From the human T2T-CHM13v2.0 reference genome, Homo sapiens, in assembly GCF_009914755.1 (NCBI RefSeq), contig NC_060935.1: a DNA stretch of 64,000 nucleotides, one strand, 5' to 3'. The notes beneath the pieces are model-generated. The model was not told the origin of the DNA and did not search any database. It saw only the letters and a list, made by a program, of their open reading frames with translations. This document shows, piece by piece, positions 55,161 through 64,000 of the stretch (its first letter is position 1; the number at the start of each line of letters is the position of its first letter). Made by a program: the position numbers and the translations under genes.

Positions 55161-56028
55161 AGCAACGTTACATCTTTTTATCATCAACACTTGTGTAAAT
55201 TAAGGTATCTAATTTTAATTTAAAAAATATTCTTCCTTTCCTGGACTTTCATTCCCTGTGTCTTATTCTTTCCACTTTCCCACCTAATAAAGCTAAAGCA
55301 CATTTAACTCTCTGAACACATCATCTTCTTTTACATAATTGTTCATGGATTGGAGGATTCTGCCTTATCCATGTCAATACTTTCTAGTTGTTCTGCAACT
55401 TTTAGCTACCTTATCTATTTCTTACATCTGTTAGGCCAAATAGAGTTTCCTTCATCTTCTGTTCCCATTATAGCATCTGCATATATCTTCACTAAGCCAA
55501 TTGTCAAGCCATATCATTAACATTTGTTTGTTTCTCTCTGTCTCTGAAATGGTAAGTTATTTAAACGCAGGGACCATGTTTATCACACATAAATATTTAT
55601 TGAATAAATTAATGAATTAATGGATGACTGAGCAAATAGGTGCACTTATGACCCATGCATGTGTCTGAAAGAATCTGTATATGTGAGGTGTTGTGGATAT
55701 TAAAACAAAAATAGCATAGAGAGTGAAGGCCACCAAAAATATCTCACTTTCAATTTTTTTTTGAACTCCTCCTCTTGCTATAATCAAACAATATGTAAGG
55801 GAATCCTTACTCCTTAAGCTCAGTTTTATTAGTGGGTATGTGGAATTATTCTGATTAATCATCTTTATATATTCATTCATATTATTTAATTATACATACA
55901 CATATTTGTGAGATGCTACAACATATAAAAGTTTTTAATGTAGAAAAGCCTTGGATTTTTTGTTTGTACATTTTAAAGGAATATCAAGCATACTATTTAC
56001 GAGTGAAAAATTGTAGTTGTCATTTTTA

Positions 56029-56414
<386 letters not shown>

Positions 56415-58409
56415 TCAGATGAGTGACTTCAATTGATTTCCAGTGGTCAGATCACTGCTAAGCGATATGTTTTTTGTTGCTGGTATTGTTGTGTGGAAGA
56501 GAGAGAGTGATAGGGAGGAAGGAAAAAAGGAGGAAAGGAAGAGAAGAAATAAAGTCAAAATCTTAGTTAGATAACCCCAATTATCTTAGTGCTTTATCAT
56601 ACATCACTGTCTGCTGACTGGCTGGATGGCTTACATAAACAACAACAACAAAAACTTCCTTAGTGGATACAATTCTGGAGTCCTTGGTGCTCAAGATGGG
56701 AAAACCTAACCTGGTGTTTTTCCTTGCTGTGTTTTAGTATGTATACAGAGGATGCCACTGGGGATCCTCTTACATTTTATATTTAAGGGCACCTATAATG
56801 TTTTCAAAGGTCTTAAGACTGTTACATGATTTCTAAATATTAAGTTTGTGGTTACTGGGAACATTTGCTTAGCAAGGACACAGTTGAAACATTTTAATAA
56901 AGCTTTTAATAATGGTTTCAGAAGATACCCACAAAAAAAAAAAAGTAAGCCAATGGGTACTATTATCCATGAGGCCAGTAGGCTAGAGTTTGAGAAGGTT
57001 GAGAAGATAACTTTTGAGGACATAATAAAAGATTTTAAGAGCAGTCTACTTCACTATTGCACAGCAGTACACCACCAAATGTGAGTAGGGGAAGAAGGTA
57101 ATTACATTTTATTTTGCTGTCTACCTTCTATCTCATTAGGTGTGTGTACTCATAATTGTTTTGTGGTTACTTGCAATAATCAAATAATTCTAAGCACATT
57201 AATGAACAAAGAATACTTCTGTAGAGTACTGAAGTCACCAGATAAATCTATAATACATAAATATATACATACATATGCATATGCATACATAAATATGCAA
57301 GCCATCCAGCCAGTCATCTGAGCGAGGTATGAAAAAAAGCATTAACACAATTCAGAGTACCTATCTCAAATTTTTACTTTATTTCTTTTTTCTCTCCCTT
57401 TTATCTTTCCTTCTTCCCTCACTCCTGCGCTACCTAAAAACTGTAGCAGCAACAAAAGCAGGAACAAAACCATATAGGATAACAGCGATCTGGCCACTGA
57501 AAATGGATTGAAATCACTAAACTCATTCGTCTGATCATTATCAATACTCATTGGAAACTTTTGTTCAGTTAATTAATCAATATCTGATTGTCACAAAATC
57601 CCATGTATTTATAACTTTTAAAATAACTAAGCAACAATAGATTTTTCTCATAAATAATATGCTTGATATTATTTTTTAAATGTACAAACAAAAATCTAAG
57701 GCTTTTATAAATTAAAACATTTATACATTGTAGTATCTCATAATTGCTCTTATTTCCTGTGTTACATTTTTTTAGGTGCAGAAACCATGACCCTGTACAC
57801 AAAAGTCAGAATGCAACCTGTGTCTGTTCTAGATTGTTTAATTTATACATATTTTTATTATATCAAGGAAGTAGGTTTTATAGATGATATTTAAAGACAT
57901 ATCAAAAAATATATTTCTGAATTAGAATTTAGGCTTAACATTTCTTCTTCAGTCTATAAATCCTACACCTAAGTCCTCTCTTATTGAGATGTAAGACAGA
58001 AGGTGAACTTTCTTATCAAAGGGCTTTTCTAACACCCTTCCAAATGAAATAGCCAAAACAATAGAAAATAAAGAATTAAGACATTTAATAAAACTGGAAT
58101 GGATTCTAATTGTATTTACTTCGCTAGAGCATGAAAAATGTATTATGTGATTAGGATGGAGAAGCAGAAAATCTTAGAAATTTAGTTATGACAATTGTTA
58201 GATGTGCCAAATTCAAATGTTCACCCAGGTGAATTTCTTTTTCACCGTCATTGTATGACACTCTTCTGCTTCTGATTATACCTACATCATGGAAGACTTC
58301 ACTTTTTGTAAGGGTGCCTATCTCGAAGAGAATGGATTCGTCTAACTTTTTGAAATTTCCTATTTATGTAATTACTCATTCAACCCATGTCTAGAGTACA
58401 CTGTGTAAC

Positions 58410-58650
58410 GCAGGTAAGTAAGTAACGCAGCCAAGTGAGTTCTGGACCCAGATAAACTGGATTCGAGTCTCTACTCCAACTTTTACTAGCTCTATGACTT
58501 CAGGAATGTTTCTCATCTCTTTGCCCCATGAACTTCATCTGTAAAATGTAGACACTAATAGCCCTTACCACATAGGGTCATTTTGAAGAGTGCTCCATGT
58601 TAAGCACACAGACCAGTGCCTGACACATACTAAGCATTGTATGAGTATGA
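58410..58650 (+). mobile_element. MIR SINE
   Basis: tactagctctatgacttcagg...catctgtaaaatg...cagtgcctgacacatac. Confidence 0.7.
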
Positions 58651-58789
58651 GGTCTTTATATTTATTTTTTAAGTTCAATACAGAGTTTTTAGTAGAGTAC
58701 TATTTGCCAGACACTGTCCTAGATGATGGCGATATAATAGCAGTCAAAACAAAATCCCTGCCTGCATGAAATTTACCTTCTAACGTAAC

Positions 58790-59223
58790 TGTGACAGAAC
58801 ACAGGCAGCTATTCGCTGAACCTCTCTCCTCTTTTTTTCTTGACAGACCGCGGAACTACATATCCCAGTTTTTTCTATGGTGATGTTTGTCCATAGAACT
58901 GAGTTGCGGCCGAAAGAGTGTGAAAGAAAGTGATGTGCACTATTTTGGGCCTGGCTAATACGTATTTCCCACATGCCATTGATTCTCCTCTCTTCCCTTG
59001 CCTGCTTGCTATATGAAGACGCCTGGACAAACTTGAATGCCGCAGGCTACAGAAGTCAGTCTTTATTCCTGAATGACTGTATGGAGCAGATCCCCAGCCT
59101 CATCTCACTGCTGCCACCAAGGTTCAGATTCATACAACTGGGAAAACTATCCTCTACTGTATTACGCTGTTAAAATTTCAAGGCTTATCTCTCACAGCAT
59201 TTAGCATCACTTCAGTTAATGTA
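58790..59223 (+). mobile_element. Old LTR (MLT1I/J or LTR16-like)
   Basis: actacatatcccag...actgagttgcggcc...aagtgatgtgcac...cctgaatgactgtatggagcaga. Confidence 0.55.
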
Positions 59224-59263
59224 GAGAGAGTCAGTAGACAAATAAATCTGAAGTATAATATCA

Positions 59264-59721
<458 letters not shown>

Positions 59722-60286
59722 CTACTGAAAAAGCACTCCAGACAAAAGGAATCACAAGAGCAAAACCCTGACGTAGCAAAGTGCTTGGAATTTTCACAGC
59801 TTCATGAGAAAATCAGCATGGGTTGGAACTGAGTAAAAAATGTGTTCAGAGAGAATCAGAGGACAGACCAGTAAGGCTTTACAGACGAAGGTAAAGACTG
59901 TGGATTTGATTGGAAGATTTTCAGAAAGGAAACCATGCAATGTAATTTACATTTTTAAATAATCAGTCTAGCTCCTGCGCAGAGGGTGAGTCAGAAAGTG
60001 ATTGAAATCTGAGATATCATTTATGAAGCTATTACAGTAGCTTTGAAAACAACACAATGGCAGCTTAAGTCTTCTTATGTCAGTGTTTTTGCTCCCTAGA
60101 ACCTTTGTCCATTTATCACAAAACCATGTATCATAAATACACCATAAGGTCAATAATCTGCAAGCATTGTTTTATGATACATGGACAAAAGTTTTAAATA
60201 AAGATAACAGTTTTAAATAAGTTATAATCTGAAATAATCTGTTTACTCTTCTCCCAGAAGCGCTTGGGTTTGACACCATCATTCTT

Positions 60287-60535
60287 TCCAACATTTATTT
60301 TAAATTCAAGGCCACACGTGCATGTGTGTTACATAGGTAAACTTGTGTCATAGGGGTTTGTCGTACAGATTATTTCATCACCAGGGCACTTAATAGCCTA
60401 GTGCCCATTGATTATTTTTCCTGATCCTCTCATTCTTCCCCTTCTCCACCCTCTGATACGCCCCAGTGTGCGTTCTTCCCTTCTATGTCCATGTGTTCTC
60501 ATCATTTAGCTCCCACTTATAAGTGAGAACATGCA
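60287..60535 (-). mobile_element. Short L1PA/PB 3' end insertion
   Basis: L1 3' UTR in reverse; perfect 15-bp TSD gacaccatcattctt (60272, 60536). Confidence 0.9.
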
Positions 60536-63169
60536 GACACCATCATTCTTAAATCCATTCACAATTACATGTGGTTCCCTAGATATGCCCTACAACTCTT
60601 ACCTTTCTAAAGCTGGAGATAATTCATCAAACTGTGGAAATCTTGTTTTAGATTTTCTAACCTTAAACCCTATCACATCTATTTTTCATTTCTGTGATCG
60701 ATACTTTCTAAAATGCTTTTAAATTTCCTTTTACATGGAACTAGTACAACTCGACTATATTTTTCATATGAGGATGTGGCTGTTTGGAAACGGCTTGACT
60801 TGTATCATAGCAATTCAATTTATGTCTCCTAAGAACATGTTCTAAAGGTAGTAAATAAGTTCAATGTGAAAAAGGGTTTTGTAGTTAAGATATGTTTTGG
60901 AGTCATTGAACTAAATAAAATTAGTCAGATCCAATTTCTGCAGGGTAGTTCAGAGAATTTAGCCTGCTTTTATGCATATGACTCTCCATGAGTTAAAATA
61001 ATATTTGGAGTATTTATCAAACTTAATTGACTACAGAAGTCTTTCCTCTTTTATAGGATATTTCAAAGGACTAAAGTTCTGTTGAATACATGCTACCGAT
61101 TTCCAGAGGACAGAAGTTTTAAATAAGTTTTAATCTGATATGATCTAAAAGCAGCAATCTATATCACCAAAATGGTAATTCAGCATTGAAATGAATATGA
61201 GGTCTATCTTGTACACTCACACTAATCTCGTTCCCCAGAAAAACTTCTTTTGGTAATATTCTCATGATGAAATCATTTTGAAAGTATTTTTTTTAAAAAT
61301 GAAAATGACAGCAGGGAATTTGTTAATATTACCTAAACTTACTCCAACGTTTCTGAATAAAATGAATGAATCTCATCTATTGAGAGTTATCTTCATTAAA
61401 AATAAAATTTGGGGGAGTCTGGTAGGAAAAGGCTTCATTCTGTTTCTGGCCACTAGACTATAAAAAGAGAAAGAGACTCCTGTTGTTAGAAATTTACAAT
61501 ATAGCAGAGATGACTCATCCGATCACTTAGAAGCCTCCAGAAAGCCAAAGATGAATACTGTTTGCTTCGTGTCTGCGTTCATCCTTTTCCTGTTTCCTGT
61601 TTCAAGATGAGTAACCAGTTACAAAGGACCAGAGGGTGTTTTCACACCTTTTCCTCCTCTTTATTAAGGTAGACTTTACAGCCCAAGTGTGACAGGTAGT
61701 GTTTCGGCACACTGGATTTCTCGCAGGAACATATTATCTAACTCTGCAGGAGTTGGAGACTTTAGATTGTCTCAGGATTAATAGATACCACCTTGCCATC
61801 AGCAAATTCTTTGTACCCAGGAAACAAGGTTGTAGTCAGGTATGCTATCTTTTCTTTGGACAGTCTATAGTAGTTGTCCCAAAATAAAGAACACTTTGTC
61901 TTTCCACAATATAATAAAAATAGCATGGGTTATAGAATAAAAAAACACCTCGAACTCCATATGTGTTAGTGAAAGTGCTTAATGTATATAAGCCTGTTAT
62001 TTAATTTCTCAAATGGGCAAAAAAATCAACCAGCTAACTTCACAGGGGTGTTGTATGAATTAATGAGATTTAAAATGTGCACTATTTCAGAATATAAGTC
62101 TGGGAAAGCAGGTATATTTACTGCATTGTTCTCTTTTCTACCCAATGCCTTGAGCAGTACTTTGCATAAAGCTGGCAGGCAATATAATTTTAATTGTCCT
62201 GGTTGAACATACTTAGTACATTGAAGCCCTTTTTATCACAGGTCCCAGTATAAACAAGGTCACCAGTGATTAGACATGGTTTGTGGCAGAAAATTTTTGT
62301 TAATCATAAATCATATGTTAATCATAACCGTAAAAAGGTTTAGTATTGAACCTGTTTTAGGTAAACAGCTGGGCAGTTGAAAAGACCTTATCAATTGTAA
62401 TAATATTAATTTCTTCTCTCCTTTATTTTGTGAATTTTCTCCAAGGAGCAATAGTAAAGAGTAACTTCATGTTTTAGGGCAATTATAAAATTTAAAGACG
62501 ATTTTAATATGTTGAGTAAAAAGGAAACTGACATTTACTTGGAAATTTGGCATATGTGGTTCCAAGAGAGTAAAAATCTAAAGATTGTGTGGGTGTATGA
62601 TTTTTATCATTCTTCCTTATGGTGTTCTGAAATGAATAACTAGAAATTTTAATTGAGAAACCATTTCATTAAAATTACCTATATTTTCCATTGCTCTAGT
62701 GTATTCTAATTTGCCTAAGTAACTGTCTTCTTTATCCCCCTTCCCACACTGCCCAAGCACGTGGTTATTTCTACTTCATATCCTATTTTCCAGCATACAA
62801 AAACTAGGGCTAAAGCAAAGCAAAACAAAACCCCATAATGCATATGAAATTCTGATTTCTCTTTTTTTCACATGGTCAGAAACATGAGAAGTTCACCAAC
62901 AGGCCACGTACAGTTCAAATATTGGTTAGTATTTTTTTGCCTCCCATTCCTATAGAAAATAGAAGAAAAAAACAGAAAACTAACAGTGTTGAATTATAAT
63001 GTAGTCACATAACTACTTTTACCCACCTTGCTCACTGAAAATTCCTCTTCTCTAAATACATTGGGACTGAGGAATGTATGTGTAGTGGGGACTGAGGCTA
63101 AGGGATACATTTGGAATATAATATTAATATGTATAAGTATAAAATACAATAAATGTGATAAAAGTAATA

Positions 63170-63400
63170 ATAACCTTTATCAATGGCTGTGTGCAGGTAC
63201 TCTGACAAGTGCAGTGCAACATTCTTTCATTTAATTCTTACAATTCTACAATATAGGAATTTTATAGCTGTTTTACAAAAATCAAGAAATTGAAGATCAG
63301 AAAACTTATTCAATTATACATGTATCATTATGTAATATAATGATATTACTGAATAGCAGAGCTGAGGTTAAATATCAGGTCTGTTTATTCTGGTTCCTGA
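63170..63400 (-). mobile_element. MIR SINE
   Basis: catttaattcttacaattc...ttttacaaaaatcaagaaattgaagatcaga. Confidence 0.55.
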
Positions 63401-63785
63401 TCACTAAAGACAAAGGGATATGTCTCTTCTAAATGCAGAGGAGCAAATAAAAAAATGAATTTTAAATGACAGAAGCCAAAAATTAAGCTCATGTAGTCAC
63501 TTATCTACCATGGGTGAAGGTTTGAAGGTCAGCATTCTACCAGTAATCTCGACCTCACAATCCATATATTTCTGTTACATGTCATGTTTTGGTCGTGAGT
63601 GCAGCACAAAATAAACTAAGTAAATCTTGGACTTGCCAAGGCTCTATTGAAAGTTTTCTGCTGGAATCATAACATCAAAGGCTGTTGAAAGGAGCCTCAA
63701 CAGTCAAAAACCCTAAAACGAAGTGATGTTTGATATTTCTCATTTCTTTCCCACTTAAAATGTATGAACTATAAACAACTTTCAA

Positions 63786-64000
63786 ATTTGTCTTTGCAAT
63801 AGTTTGCTGAGAATGATGGTTTCCAGCTTCATCCTTGTCCCTTACAAAGGACATGAACTCATCATTTTTTTATGGCTGCATAGTATTCCATGCTGTATAT
63901 GTGCCACATTTTCTTAATCCAGTCTATCATTGTTGGACATTTGGCTTGGTTCCAAGTCTTTGCTGTTGTGAATAGTGCCACAATAAACATACGTGTGCAT
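63786..64000 (-). mobile_element. Primate L1PA fragment running off the window
   Basis: atagtttgctgagaatgatggtttccagcttcatcc...ccacattttcttaatccagtctatcattgttggacattt. Confidence 0.92.

Noticed and set aside
58853-58868. ZNF143/THAP11-type motif GAACTACATATCCCAG suggesting a promoter
   Set aside because: Lies in an old LTR whose consensus, as I recall, carries ACTACATTTCCCAG; no CpG island

Overview
Primate (very probably human) genomic DNA with no protein-coding exon. All listed ORFs are Alu/L1/LTR read-through or chance frames. From memory (no database search), the minus strand of 14792-15560 matches the long 5' UTR of the LRRC4C (NGL-1, netrin-G1 ligand) cDNA. The window therefore lies inside the very large LRRC4C gene (human 11p12), transcribed right to left. 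It contains an internal CpG-island promoter and non-coding first exon (~14.8-16.8 kb, donor at 14791), a 94-bp internal non-coding exon (42238-42331), and a repeat-poor 2.6-4.3 kb block that may be a further alternative promoter. The rest is intron filled with Alu, L1, L2, MIR, MaLR/ERVL LTRs and DNA-transposon fossils, plus a 35-nt U2 snRNA fragment. The most unusual signal is a concentration of locally templated copies between 6.9 and 29.2 kb: a ~200-bp inverted duplication with a third partial copy, a 34-bp segment copied into an Alu from 1.7 kb away, a mosaic copy of a neighbouring Alu, and 128-bp and 77-bp tandem duplications. Other leads are a U1-mimic hairpin over a candidate 5' splice site, uORFs in the LRRC4C leader, and a CTCF motif apparently gained inside a MER20. 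I see no evidence of a new multi-gene system. Repeat subfamily names and most old-repeat boundaries are by eye and approximate.
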